A stretch of 63,810 nt of DNA, counting the filler, from Octopus bimaculoides (lineage: Eukaryota): assembly GCF_001194135.2 (NCBI RefSeq). It is 5 parts of 4 records of this genome, joined end to end, with 100 filler letters (N's around TTAATTAATTAA, not from the genome) between each part and the next. Parts side by side here need not be neighbours in the genome. Positions count along the whole stretch, not along the records: positions 47,950 to 62,643 come from NC_068997.1; positions 62,744 to 63,810 come from NW_026377019.1; 3 more parts are not named here. One strand, given 5' to 3'. This document shows positions 52,191-63,810 of this stretch, in pieces. The stretch's first letter is position 1, and every line of letters starts with the position of its first letter. Below the pieces are notes generated by a model. The model saw only the letters and a program-made list of their open reading frames with translations. It searched no databases and was not told the origin of the DNA. The translations under genes and the position numbers were made by a program.

Positions 52191-54154
52191 GGAGAATCCA
52201 GAGGTGCCTCAACCTCAACGCATGCCTGCGCATCATTAACCAAGGCATCCCAAAGTTTCCCTTTAAAAGCTTTTAACAGCTGACAGAGCGTTTCACAAGT
52301 GGCGACCTGCCCTTCCACAAAAAGCGAAAGAGCTGTCTCTACAACCTGATCAACCACGAATCCGGACAGGGCACGACGATCAGGCAGTAGGTAATGACCG
52401 ATGCGATAAACACATTGAACACCTCCGCCCTCCCTTTCATGGATAGCCACCGCCAAGACCAGGTCTTGACTATTGCAGCCACCCTGCTCCATACCTCCGT
52501 CGAGTTCTTCTCTATCTGGAGGTCTGGGACAAACCAAACTCCCAGTAACTTAACCGGTCCCTCCGTCCAGCGCCCAACAACGCTGTCTGAGGGTATCGAG
52601 TTGCCAACCCAGGGACTGAGCTGCAAGCAGACCGATTTTTACCGGTTAATGTTTGCTCCTGACACCTCCTCGTAAGCCTCATAGACTCATATTTGATGGC
52701 TCTTTTTAGGGCGTACCACCATTTGTTATTAATGATTATATTTCTCGGAAAGCTTATCTATTTTTTTTTTCGGTCTTAAACAATTGAATGTCTCTCATTA
52801 GCTCAGCATCTTTACTGTATACGGCTATTATGCCTTTTTCCTCTTCTGGCAGTCTTTTTTTATCGTTGTTCTGTAGTAGTCGCCGCTCTCGGTTGAGTTG
52901 CTGATTGGATTTTTCTTTTGTTTGTTGTTTTCTTCTCATCTTTTTCTTCTTTTTCTTCTTCCTCTTTTTTCTTCTTTCTCTTCTTCCTCCTCTTCCTTAT
53001 TTTCTTTGCAGTTCCTTCGAATGTGGCTTAATTGGCCACACAAAAACATCGGGGTTTTCGGCCCTCAACAAACACCAAAAGGGTCTCCTCCCCTATCTCA
53101 ATTGTCTCGGGAATTGCTTCAATTATTTTAGTGTCAGCCAGGCTGAAGAGACTAACTGTTTGACCAGTCCACTTAGCGTTTTCAGTAGCGACAGCCTGGG
53201 GGAGGGTAATTTTCTCTTCTTGTTTGATTAGGACTGCCGCCACCAACCACATAGGATCTACTTCCGGTGGGATCCTTGTGATTTTAATTCTGGACGTTCT
53301 CATCCCTATACAGGTGGGGATGAGCGCCACGTCGTCCGTTTTCAGCCTTTCTACTGAATGTTTTTGTGCTATTTCTTTATTGGTAAACCTTACTTCCACC
53401 GTACCAAACTTCTTGCCTCTTGTCAAATAAACTACGTCACTCAAGATTGGCTTCAGGCACTTCTCTATCTTCTCTTCTGTAATTCCCTCAATTTTGCTTT
53501 TTTGCACACAGTAAGTTTTAAATATTATTGTTTTCTGTATTTCTTCTGGTAGTAATTGCTCTGGTGGTTGTATTTTGACCAGGTTATCATTTATTTGCTT
53601 CATTTCACTATATTTCATAAAATCACACTTATTCGTCGAAAGCAACCGGGCTCCACCACCAGCTGCAAACGCAAAACCATTTTTTTCTTTTTTCTTTTTT
53701 TGTTGTTCAGTTTGGATGCTAGGTGCATCAATTATTCTTTTGAACACAATACTTTTGTTTTTTGGCAAACTCGGGTATTCTTCTAGTGAAAGTCCTGACG
53801 AGCTTTCAGACACATCTCCAAATAACTCATACATTTTGCTATTCTTTTTTGCAACGGGAGGAACCATTATTTCTTTGCGCGTAGTTAGCTCCTCGCCAGA
53901 CAACCTGTAATTCTTCGATTCGACAGGAAAAACAAACATCTCTCTTCCAACGGTAGGCCTCTCGCTAGTCGACATTTCCCCCGCAACGGGGGAATGAACA
54001 ACGCGTGCTTTCTACAAGCACTTAGTGTTTTCAAATGAAAACTCCAACTGTTACGAAATTCAACAAAAACAGCAGTTATTATCAATAATAACACTAAGAA
54101 ACAACAATTTTCACCACGAACACATGTGCGACGCGTAAGAGACAAAACACACTG
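52191..54154 (-). mobile_element. Internally deleted Tx1/L1-superfamily LINE (5' UTR + ORF1 + two ORF2 scraps)
   Basis: Colinear order on the minus strand: 5' end CAGTGTG at 54154; ORF1 53975-~52760; ORF2 linker scrap IIINNKWWYALKRAIKYESMR at 52740-52681; RT-thumb scrap GPVKLLGVWFVPDLQ...LSMKGRAEV at 52680-52191, homologous to 61500-61800. Confidence 0.85.
53028..53975 (-). pseudogene. Tx1-type ORF1 (gag-like RRM + CCHC zinc knuckle), 315 open codons then a frameshift
   Basis: ATG start; RRM-like GKKFGTVEVRF and IKITRIPPEV. Adding one T to the T5 run at ~53042-53046 gives CFLCGQLSHIRRNC (C-x2-C-x4-H-x4-C, 53048-53008). Confidence 0.8.
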
Positions 54155-54445
54155 AGACGAAATTCCGCTGGGCATTTCGCCCGGCGTGCTAACGATTTTG
54201 CCAGCTCGCCTCCTTAAAACTCTAGAGAGCAATGATCTTTTCTAACCTAGGCACAAATCCCGAAATGTTGGGGGAGAGCGTCAGTCGATTAGATCGACCC
54301 TAGTACGCAACTTAATTTATCGACCCTCAAATGATGAAAAGCAATGTCAACCTCGGCGGAATTTGACCTCATAACATAATGATAGACGAGATGCTGCTAA
54401 ACATTTCGCACGGTGTGCTAACGATTCTGCCAGTACGCCGCTCTT
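54155..54445 (-). mobile_element. SINE family B head (54155-54215) and an adjacent full copy (54235-54445)
   Basis: GCATTTCGCCCGGCGTGCTAACGATTTTGCCAGCTCGCCTCCT; the second copy carries the core and tail type 2. Confidence 0.85.
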
Positions 54446-54837
54446 AAGCTGCTTCATATTAACAAGGCTGTGAACGAAAGTATGTAATTTAAATGAAAAT
54501 ATATTACACGCAATCAGTAACAGCAAAATTATCTTGAAACTGCAAAGGCTTCCCTGTTTCTTTCGTTTATAACTATCTCCTGTTCTTGAATTGCAAATGA
54601 ATAGACTTCGAAGTATGATGTGATGTAGCGGGGAGTTTCATTTGATTAATTAAATATCTGCTAATCCAGACATTGCATGCCCTCTGACTACAGCTGCCTA
54701 CAATTATGATTCCGTTGATTATCTTTTTCTCTGCTAATCATCTCTGTCACTCACTACGAGATCGACAGCGATGAAATATATTTTTGTACCACATCTTAGT
54801 AATATGCATTCATGTATGTAATTATGTATAAAGAGCG

Positions 54838-55134
54838 AAGGCGCGTGACTTAATGGTTAGGGCATTTGACTCACGATTGTAAGGTCGTGAGTTCAATTCC
54901 CGACGATGCGTTGTGTCCTTGAGCATGACACTTTATTTCACGTTGCTCCAGTCCACTCAGCTGGCAAAAATGTACCTGTATTTGAGTAGTACCATTTCAC
55001 ATTTCGTGTCATGCTGAATCTCCTTGAGAACTACGCGAAGGGTACACGTGTCTGTGAAGTGCTCAGCCACTTGCACGTTAATTTCACGAGCAAGCTGTTC
55101 CGTTGATCGTATCAGCTGGGACCTTCCTCGTCGT
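54838..55134 (+). mobile_element. tRNA-derived SINE family C, reference copy
   Basis: A-box TGACTTAATGG, B-box GAGTTCAATTCC, body GTGTCCTTGAGCATGACACTTTATTTCACGTTGCTCCAGTCCACTCAG...GCACGTTAATTTCACGAG. Confidence 0.9.
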
Positions 55135-55855
55135 GCCCCTATGTATGAATATGTGTATAGAAATCTTGCTACCAAGGTCAAAACTTTACTCAAAATTAAA
55201 AAGAGAAAGAAAGCATACATACATAAATTCTTTTTGTTTTAGTTTCTTTACGCGTCACAATCATTTGACTGTGGCTATGCTGGGGCACGGCCTTAAAGTG
55301 AATTTATTGAGCAGTTACGTATCTGTTGCTGCAATGCATGCAAAGGTGGGTGTGCAAATATCTAAAGTGTCCTGCAGTCCTGTTAAGAATTGTAGCCAGA
55401 CCGAAGCATGGGACGGGTTGGACTAAGAAGATTGGGCTGTTTTGGCAACTTTCCCATGGAAGGAGAACACACGTTCGGGAGAAGGGTTGATCTAGATGTC
55501 TTAAAATGAAATTTTAACTGCGGCGATCTTTACTTTTAGGTACATATAATTAAAACTTCAAATACAAAACAAAGATCGGCCATAATGAGGAGAGTAAAAG
55601 ATAAATTGGTTATCCTAAATGATATACTAATTGCTATCTCCAATTGATACCAACAAAATATTACCATTTTAAGATAAACGTACTTTCGGTTTTCTTGGGC
55701 AAGAGGAAATGAGATTTTGTATACATATTTATAACCGGATATACATGCAATCATACACACACACGCACACAAATACATACACACACACACACTTGCATAC
55801 TAATGAAAAAACACCTTCCTGCTTACTTTCCTATCTAATTACACACGAACGCATG

Positions 55856-58490
55856 TTCATCATCATCATCAACGTCGTCATCAAGATCTCTTATCTGATG
55901 GTGCCAGTCGCTCGCTAAGGTGTTACACTTCACACGCTTGTTGTAAACCGTCGCCGCTGGTCGCCACTGGTCTGTGTTCGTTTTAATACATAAAAAGGAT
56001 CGCAGTGTTGTTACCTGTATAGCTTTTGTTACTGTCAAATCACTATTTGCTCTGTCTTCCTCCCTTTCGCCCTTCTCAAATGTGTCTTGTGAATGGTTTT
56101 GTAGATGTGGTGGGAAATATGACAAGACCAGGCCAGCTTCCATTTTTTTACCTGCGCAAGGAGTGGTTCCTGTCTGTCAGGTTTCTTTGTTTACCTCTAC
56201 TCAGTATAATGTGCTTTGGTTGTTACTGTTAACCAGGATCTGGTTCTTTTCTAAGCTCTTCTCTATCTCGTACGCACCCAAAAAACTTTGTTTAATTCTG
56301 AACGCCTATATAACTGCTTCACTGATTCCTAACAGACCAGTATCATCAGCAAATCACCAGTTGGAAATAGGCCATCTCCCAATGAAAGCAGAGGGGTGAC
56401 GGACTTGAAGTGCCTCCTACGTGATGTTGTCCCATGATGCCGAAAAGCACTAGAGAGAAGAGACATCTTTATCGAACATCCACTGTAGCCCTGAAGAATT
56501 ATTCGAAGTTATTGTTAAGGATAACTGCGCTGCTTGAGTTTACATACAGTGCTTGAACTATTTCGATGTGGTTGTTGTCGAAGTTGTAATTCTTCATCAC
56601 TGTCACAAACCATTGTGTGAAAGGCCTTTTTCAAGTCGATGAAGTTGTGATAGGGGTACAGATGTTTCCCAGTGAGAAGACTAATGTTTTATACCTCCTC
56701 CAGAGTACTTCTTAAGGCCTATGTTCTGCCTCTTCATCTACAAGATTTTTCTTCTGTGTTCCGTTTAAGTTCGTTTAGCACAACTCTTATCGATACTTTG
56801 CTGGTATAGCTAGTTATGCAGATTAGTATTTGCTGGCGTAGCTAGTTATACAGACTCCTAATCTTTAAGTCCATTTAGCAGAACTCTTAGCAATACCTTG
56901 CTGGCGTATCTAGCTATGCATATTATTCTAAGTTGCCTTTCTTAGAAATGGGTATCATCGGTGATTGACAGGTAACTGTTAGTGCCTCGATAAGCTTTCG
57001 CTCGTCTTATTTTAAGAGCTCTAATGAGATTTTATCAACTATTAGGGATTACCATCTTTGAGCGTACGCGCTGCCCGTTTCACTTCCTCCCGGAGAATTG
57101 GAGTATGTCCCAAGTTCTCTTTTGTTAGAATTGTCTAGGACGTTGCTGTCATCTTTGAGTTTGTGACTGTAAAGGTTTATGCAATACTTAGACCATCTCT
57201 GGATGATACTATTCTCATACATGAGGAGCAGGCCTATTTTGTCGTCAATGATAGCGTCGGTGTGTTTCTTTGTTTTGTAAGTATTTTGAGATTTTCATAG
57301 GTAACCTTACTGTTGTCCTTCGTTCTCCTAACTTTTATACTTTTGCACGGTCTATTATCCATTCCTCTTTTGGTTTCACTCATTTTCTTCCTGACCTTCC
57401 TATTCACAATGTTTTATTACTGACTAACCTCCTGACCCTTTAGCTTGGTCTTCTCAGGTGACGTCTTAAATCAAATAGACTCAAAATATCATCAGTGACT
57501 CATGGTTACTTTTTTCTTCTTTTCCATAGTGCTTTTAGATCCATTTCCTGAAATGCATTCTTGATGATGCACTCAGAGAGTTGATATCATCTTCCAGAAT
57601 GTAAAGGACTGCAAACCTGCTGCAATCCCGGTTCATTTCAGCTTCTCTACGTCAATTCTAATACCTGTGCCTCTTTTCTCATGGGTCCTTTTCATTTTCA
57701 ATCGCATTTTCATCAGAAACAAATCATGATCACTGATGACAACCGTACCAGGATAAGTTATAATCCTAGTTTTTTTTTATTGTGTAACTTAAATCTTCTG
57801 AGATGTGCGAATGAGTGTGAATTTGGCTGTGAATCCTGCCGTTGGACGCATGCTACGTTTTCTTTCGCGAGGTCTTGTGTGGGAACATTGGTTTGGCTTG
57901 GATCAGCTTGTAAGTGCTAGCAAATTCCAGTGGTCTCAGTCTGCGATCGCTAGATCTCGACTCGTCTCATTGTCCCAGCCTAGTGGTCATAAGCATTTGG
58001 CCCTACATTGATATTGTGGTGTCCTAAAACAAGTGTATTTTTTTTTATAATGCGCTCTCCTGCTCATTTTCCGAAGCTGCTCATACAATTCTTCAACGAC
58101 ATCGTCATCATCATATTCAAGCGTTGACGCGTAGATTTGTATAATAATATTCTGTTTTCTTTCGGCCACGCGTATGGTGATGAGCCTGCTGGATACTTGT
58201 TCAAAGCAGGTGAGCAAGCTACGTTGTTTTGTTAACGTTAAAGCCCACTCCATATGAATGGTTGGTCGCATCTATGGTTTACCATAGTTTGTGGTCTTCA
58301 TCTGTTGTGGTTGCACCAAATCCAGTCCACCTACCTTCAGCCAGCCCTAGGATATCCTAGATTTACTTGTTAAATTCCTAGACAAGTTCTGTCGTCCTCC
58401 TAAATATATACTTAGTGCGATCGTTCAAAGTCTCAGAGACAATATTGTCTTTGGGATGTTTCGAGAGTCAATGTTGTTGTCTCACAAGTA
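55856..58490 (-). mobile_element. Degenerate RTE-clade LINE with (GAT)n tail
   Basis: Minus-strand relics: LGLAE.RWTGFGATTTDEDHKLW, VSSRLITIR..IIQIYASTLEYDDD (endonuclease), IPISKKGNL, YHNFIDLKR (RT). Tail CATCATCATC at 55858. Many stops and deletions. Confidence 0.85.
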
Positions 58491-58799
58491 ACCTCACAAA
58501 CACACACACACGCACGCACACATATGCATGTATATATGCATATATATATANNNNNNNNNNNNNNNNNNNNNNNNNNNNNNNNNNNNNNNNNNNNNNNNNN
58601 NNNNNNNNNNNNNNNNNNNNNNNNNNNNNNNNNNNNNNNNNNNNNNNNNNNNNNNNNNNNNNNNNNNNNNNNNNNNNNNNNNNNNNNNNNNNNNNNNNNN
58701 NNNNNNNNNNNNNNNNNNNNNNNNNNNNNNNNNNNNNNNNNNNNNNNNNNNNNNNNNNNNNNNNNNNNNNNNNNNNNNNNNNNNNNNNNNNNNNNNNNN

Positions 58800-58841
<42 letters not shown>

Positions 58842-59407
58842 GTATATTTATAATCAATGTCTTCATAAATTCATGGTGCAATTTAAAATCCTTGTATCTT
58901 TGTAATTATACGTGATAGAAATAATCTGTAAAAACGATAAGAAAGAAGACTGACCTAGACATTCTTTTTCATTATGTTAGTTTTCAACATGTCCACCATG
59001 ATTACGAATACAAAGAGAAATACGATTCTATAGTTTTTGATAAACATTTTCCAGCTGACATTTCAGTACACTTTCAATCTCATCAGTTATTCTTGCTTTT
59101 AATTCTTCTGAAGATCGACTTAGTTCAATAAACAATAATTTTCACATGTACCCTTAAAAATGAAATCCAATGGAGTCAGAACTGGTGAACGTAGAGGCCA
59201 AAATAAGATCCACCTCTTCCATCCATCTGATAAGTAATTTCTCATTTAGAAACTGCCTAACTTGTAAAGCAAAGAGAGAAGGCGCACCAGTTTGTTAAAA
59301 AGACTGTTATCTCTATGAATTGTTCAAGCTTAGGAATTAAGCAATATTACAACATTGCAGCACAGCTTTATGGACACCCTGTTTATATACATAGGCATAT
59401 AAACATA

Positions 59408-59409
<2 letters not shown>

Positions 59410-59480
<71 letters not shown>

Positions 59481-59496
59481 ACACACACACACACAC
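59410..59496. repeat. (CA)n microsatellite
   Basis: Direct read. Confidence 0.95.
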
Positions 59497-60196
59497 AATA
59501 TATATATATATTCTTTTATTCTTTTACCTGTTTCAGTCATTTGACTGCGGCCATGCTGGAGTAATTTTAAGCTGTTTTGCTACAACTTTATTTCTTTCGC
59601 ATCCTTTGTAGAGGGTGATGATTGTATTTCAGTCTATAGCCATTATCTAATTTATAAATCTCAATTTATTTAGTTTGAAACAAAAAGAAAACACACTAAG
59701 CTTTTATCATGATCTATAATTTTCATATCTTATTACATTTATTTATAGTTATTAAAGCCCAAATCTTCGGTTGCCTTAATTTCGGGACACTCTATATATA
59801 TACATGTAATATATTTGCTGGTACAGGTAGCAAACATCAACATAGTTGCGAAAACTCAATATATTTAGCGGGACACCACTTTATATATGCATGTCTGATT
59901 TTTAATTAATTTACATTACATGTTTCAGTTTTTTTGAAAAAACCTTATCAAAAATGAGCATAAAATATGTGAGGAAAGAAAAGGGTTATTAATAAAATAA
60001 AGTTGAAATTAGAATTAAGAATAGCATTCATAGTTTACTGTTATTTCTTGCATGCGCACGTGGTCCTTTCGTTCTGGAGGCATGGTAAGTTCAACTCGCT
60101 GCGATAGTAAATTACTATTGTCTGATTTTGTAAATTAGATAGTGGTCAAGTCTTGTTTTCTAGGAGTGGCTGTTGCCGTCGAATAACCAGCAGCAG

Positions 60197-62643
60197 TAAT
60201 AATAATAATAGTTAATTCGTTTTATTGGTCACAAGGGCTAATATCAATTAAAAACATGTAAGGACAAAGACAGGACGAAGGTTACAAAAGGTTTTGTCCG
60301 AAAAGGTAGGAAAGTTCGTCTAAACAGGAAGAAAACGGAGAATGATATAACAAATAAATAGATAAATAAATAAATAGAACTCCCAACGGGGGAGGCACTT
60401 CGAAAAGAGAAAGGTTACACGTGGGAAAACCCATAAAACCACGGGACCCTGGTCAGAAAAAATAAGAAAGAGGTATAGAGCTCTTTCTCCTAGTACATTA
60501 CCTTTTTTTTTTCTACAGGTGTATTCTCAGAATTGGTCCGTTTATACTGGCCATTCTTCCAACAGTCACCCATCTTTCAACAAATTTGCTATGAGACAGC
60601 ACTTCCTTCTCTACTCTCATCTTCCTTTTCAAGTGGAACTTGAAAAAGTTGATGAGGCCTTGGCCAAAGAGGAAAGTGTCTGCCTTTAGCCCTTTCAAAC
60701 GGATCCACCATATCACCTCTTTCGCTACAGCCACTAGGCATAGGAAAATTGCCTTGCCCTCCCGGTTAAAGGAGGTCAGCGGGTCAATCCTCACGATGGA
60801 TTCAGCTGATAGCCGGATCCGTCCTACACGTGACAGTAGCTGTTCGACATAAACCCACAGGTCAGCAATTCTCGGGCACTGGACAAGTGCGTACAGAACG
60901 GGTCCGTCGTCCTGAGCGCACCTCGGGCAGGCCCGGTTGACGGCACTTCCGTGCCGGAAGAGTTTATCTCGAACAGGTAGTGCACCTCGGTAGCACTGCC
61001 AGGCGAGGGACTTTGGAAATCATCCATGGGCCCCGGCCCGAAAGTTCTCCTGAACAGACCGTTTAGCTGATTATCTTCGACGCCTAGAGTTTCCCCGAGA
61101 ACGTCGTCGCACTTTTCCTCCACTAACCCTCTATAGAACGCTAGAGTGGAGCTACTACCGATCGCACGGCCCGCCTGCCTGAGGGCGGTGAGAGCTTGGC
61201 GGCACTCGAGGTGCCAAGCGCCCTTTCTCGGTCTACGTTTGATCCAGGATTGCAGCTCTGTTAAAGAAACAACCTGCGGAAAATCGCATCTGACGAAAGG
61301 CGACCACAACTGTTCACCGTCCAGGAAACGCTTGAGATGTCGTAGCCTGAGCACATGTTTGCGCATAAGCAACCACAGTATGCCAAGGCCTCCGTTCAGC
61401 GGCTGTTGACAGCAGATGGAGCGCCTGACCAGTGGTACATGACCCTTCCGCAAAAGGTTGAAGAGCAAGCGTACTATCTTGGTTAACCAGCGGCCGGGAC
61501 AAGGGACGACAGTCAAGCGGTAATAGATGACGGATGCGACGTACGCATTCGCCTCCTCCGCTCGACCTTTCAAGGACAGCTTCCTCTCAGCCCATTTCTG
61601 GGTGAGGTTGGCCACCCTGTTCGTCACTTCGTCGCAGAATTTCTCCAGCTGGAGGTCCGGACCGAACCAGACCCCGAGCAGTTTAACGGGTCCGTCTGTC
61701 CAGCACCCTACGACGCTGTTGGACGGCATGGACTTGCCCCTCCAGGTGCCTAGTTGCAAGCCCACTGACTTTTCCGCGTTAATTTTCGCACCTGTCACCA
61801 CTTCATACTCGTTTAGTGTCTCACCAATCAGGTCAATATGCCTGTGGCTCAACACCATCACAGTGACGTCGTCGGCATAGGCAGACACGCTCCTCCCACA
61901 TCCCAGATCGCGTGGACACCTCTCAAAGCCTCCAACTTCCGCAGTAATGGCTCGAGAGTCAATATATACAGAAGGGAGGAGAGAGGACATCCTTGGCGAA
62001 CCGAACGCGAGATGTTGAACGGTTCCGATAGATATCCGTTCACCCGTATGACCGAGCAGATGCCGCTGTATAAAGCAGCTATCCACCTGCGGAAGACCGG
62101 ACCGAAGCCAGCTGCCTTGAGAACAGCTGCCAGGTATCGATGGTCGACCCTATCGAAGGCTTTAGACTGGTCTAAATTGATCAAAGCCCTACCCGCGCCA
62201 GCTTCGTTAACCACCCTCTCTATGATGTAGCGCATGAGATGGAGGTTGTCGTGGATAGACCTGGTCGGCACGGCGCATGTCTGCGCCTTGCCGATCAGTT
62301 TGCCCACGACAAGCGCCAAATCTCTTGGCTAGCACCTTGGCCAAAATCTTCAACACTGAGCAGAGTGATGGGCCTAAAGTTCCCTATAATGTCCCCTTTG
62401 TTTGGGTCCTTTCTTAGCAAAGCCACTACTCCTCGACAAACAAAAGCAGGAAATCTCCCGTTTTGTTGCCAGTTGCAGTAGACGTTTGCCAAGACACCCG
62501 CAAACAAGTCTGGCATTGACGTATAAAGCTCGTAGGGCAGACAATCCAAACCCAACGATCTACCTCTCGTGCAGCCTTTCATAGCTTCCTGTACTTCCCA
62601 GGCAGATATGGGTCCTTCGCAGCACTCGGCTTCGCTGGTCGAG
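60197..62643 (-). mobile_element. Tx1-clade LINE ORF2 (RT + C-terminal zinc motif) with 3' UTR, frameshifted
   Basis: Consecutive ORFs give NFRPITLL, LDQSKAFDRV, VRQGCPLS, AYADDVTV, GGLG and CPRC..QC. ORF2 ends at 60513. AATAAA (minus, 60221-60226) and an (ATT)n tail at ~60197-60210. At least three frameshifts. Confidence 0.92.
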
Positions 62644-62743
62644 NNNNNNNNNNNNNNNNNNNNNNNNNNNNNNNNNNNNNNNNNNNNTTAATTAATTAAN
62701 NNNNNNNNNNNNNNNNNNNNNNNNNNNNNNNNNNNNNNNNNNN
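62644..62743. other. Artificial scaffold spacer
   Basis: Same 44+12+44 design. Confidence 0.95.
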
Positions 62744-62964
62744 TCTGTTTCTATTACGTTGTTAGATTTCTTAATAAGGATGTCGAGGAAGGGGAGTTGT
62801 TGGTGGCTATATTCCATCGTGAATTGAGTGTTAACGCCAAGTCCATTTATAAGTGCTTGAAATTCTTTAAGTCTCTCTATATTTTCATGCCACAGAATGA
62901 AACAGTCATCCGGGTATCTCTTCCAGTTATTTTTTATGTATAAGGAGAACGGGCTGCCAGCCAA
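62744..62964 (-). mobile_element. Penelope-like element reverse transcriptase fragment
   Basis: WKRYPDDCFILW...QFTMEYSHQQLPFLDILIKK..IET matches the PLE RT pattern RY[LV]DD / FT.E / LPFLD. Confidence 0.85.
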
Positions 62965-63195
62965 AGAATAAGTAAAGAATCTCTCTTCATCACAAAATAC
63001 AGACCCTTTCTGAACGCATCTACAACGAATGACATATCTACCACGACCTTAGAATAAAACACACACACTAATATTAAAAATGATAAACTCCAAATAGATA
63101 CGCAAGGAATTATTAAAAAATTTTTTTAAATATAAAAAAAACAACCCCAATCACTACTCACTCGACTAGTTACTATCACTCTTTCCTGCATTTCC

Positions 63196-63810
63196 TAGAT
63201 CGTACTTAGATAGAATTTTCTGTAGGCCAGCGGANNNNNNNNNNTAGATCGTACTTAGATAGAATTTTCTGTAGGCCAGCGGATAAAGATAGCATAGGGT
63301 GTCCACAATTCAACATAGTCGGCTACACGGACCACAGATTCGTGATCTGTATGGTCCACTTAGATAGGCTCCATAGACAAGGTCCCGGTTACTGGAAGCT
63401 AAACGAGTCGAAAACGGCGTGCAAAGCCTACAGAGACCGGATTAGTTTATTAGTTAAGAGGGCTTTAACCGGGGCAATCATCAATAACAACTGGTGGTTC
63501 ACCCCGAAGCGGGCAATTAGAGCAGAATCAATTAGGTTTAGTAAGGCTCTAGCTGTAGAACGTAAGAAAACAGCGGGATTTAGTTAACAAACTAGACGAG
63601 GCTAAGAGCAACCGACGTGTTAGCAGCGAAGTTGACCCTAGACCAACACTTTGATGCCAAGCATGAAGGCTGCGTTGTCAGAGTTAAAGCACTTTCGATA
63701 AGCGGGGAGGGGACTAAGGCCGCTCGATGGGCCCGCGTGGTTGAAGCGAAGCGTGGCAACACAGCGACCATTCGGTCTTTGGTGGACCAGAACGACTGCG
63801 AGATTTCGGA
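63196..63810 (+). mobile_element. Tx1-clade LINE endonuclease end and linker, runs off the window
   Basis: RSYLDRIFC...GYTDHRFVIC...GPGYWKLNES...IINNNWW..KRAI; then HEGCVVRVK and ARWARVVEAKRGNTATIRSLVDQN after frameshifts. Confidence 0.88.

Noticed and set aside
54838-54912. tRNA-like sequence with A and B boxes
   Set aside because: No proper acceptor stem or anticodon arm, and it continues into a SINE body present in several copies.
63196-63283. Exact 39-bp direct repeat (63196-63234 and 63245-63283)
   Set aside because: The copies flank a 10-N gap, the typical pattern of an unmerged contig overlap.

Overview
AT-rich, repeat-dense animal nuclear DNA with about 4.8 kb of N gaps. The repeat families, microsatellite load and composition fit an octopod cephalopod (Octopus sp.); this is inference, not a database result. 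Only one host coding exon is supportable: the terminal exon of a UBALD1/2 (FAM100) homolog at 5103-5273 (+), followed by a probable long 3' UTR to ~9030. The rest is intergenic or intronic. It holds three tRNA-derived SINE families, RTE, Tx1/L1, R4/Dong-like (RLE) and Penelope-like retroelement remnants, Tc1/mariner-type and foldback MITEs, a possible Helitron end, and many microsatellites. Four N44-TTAATTAATTAA-N44 spacers are artificial scaffold joins, so order and orientation across them are unverified. There is no CRISPR array, rRNA or true tRNA. Best leads: (1) an R4/Dong-like retrotransposon whose copies all sit in (CATA)n arrays; (2) a 256-bp mitochondrial-like insert splitting a SINE; (3) an ORF1-retaining, ORF2-deleted Tx1 derivative (HAL1-like) fused behind a SINE head; (4) a SINE tail resembling the Tx1 LINE 3' end; (5) a cluster of near-perfect hairpins at 37.5-41.3 kb. 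None of these is shown here to be a new biological system; each needs the stated test.
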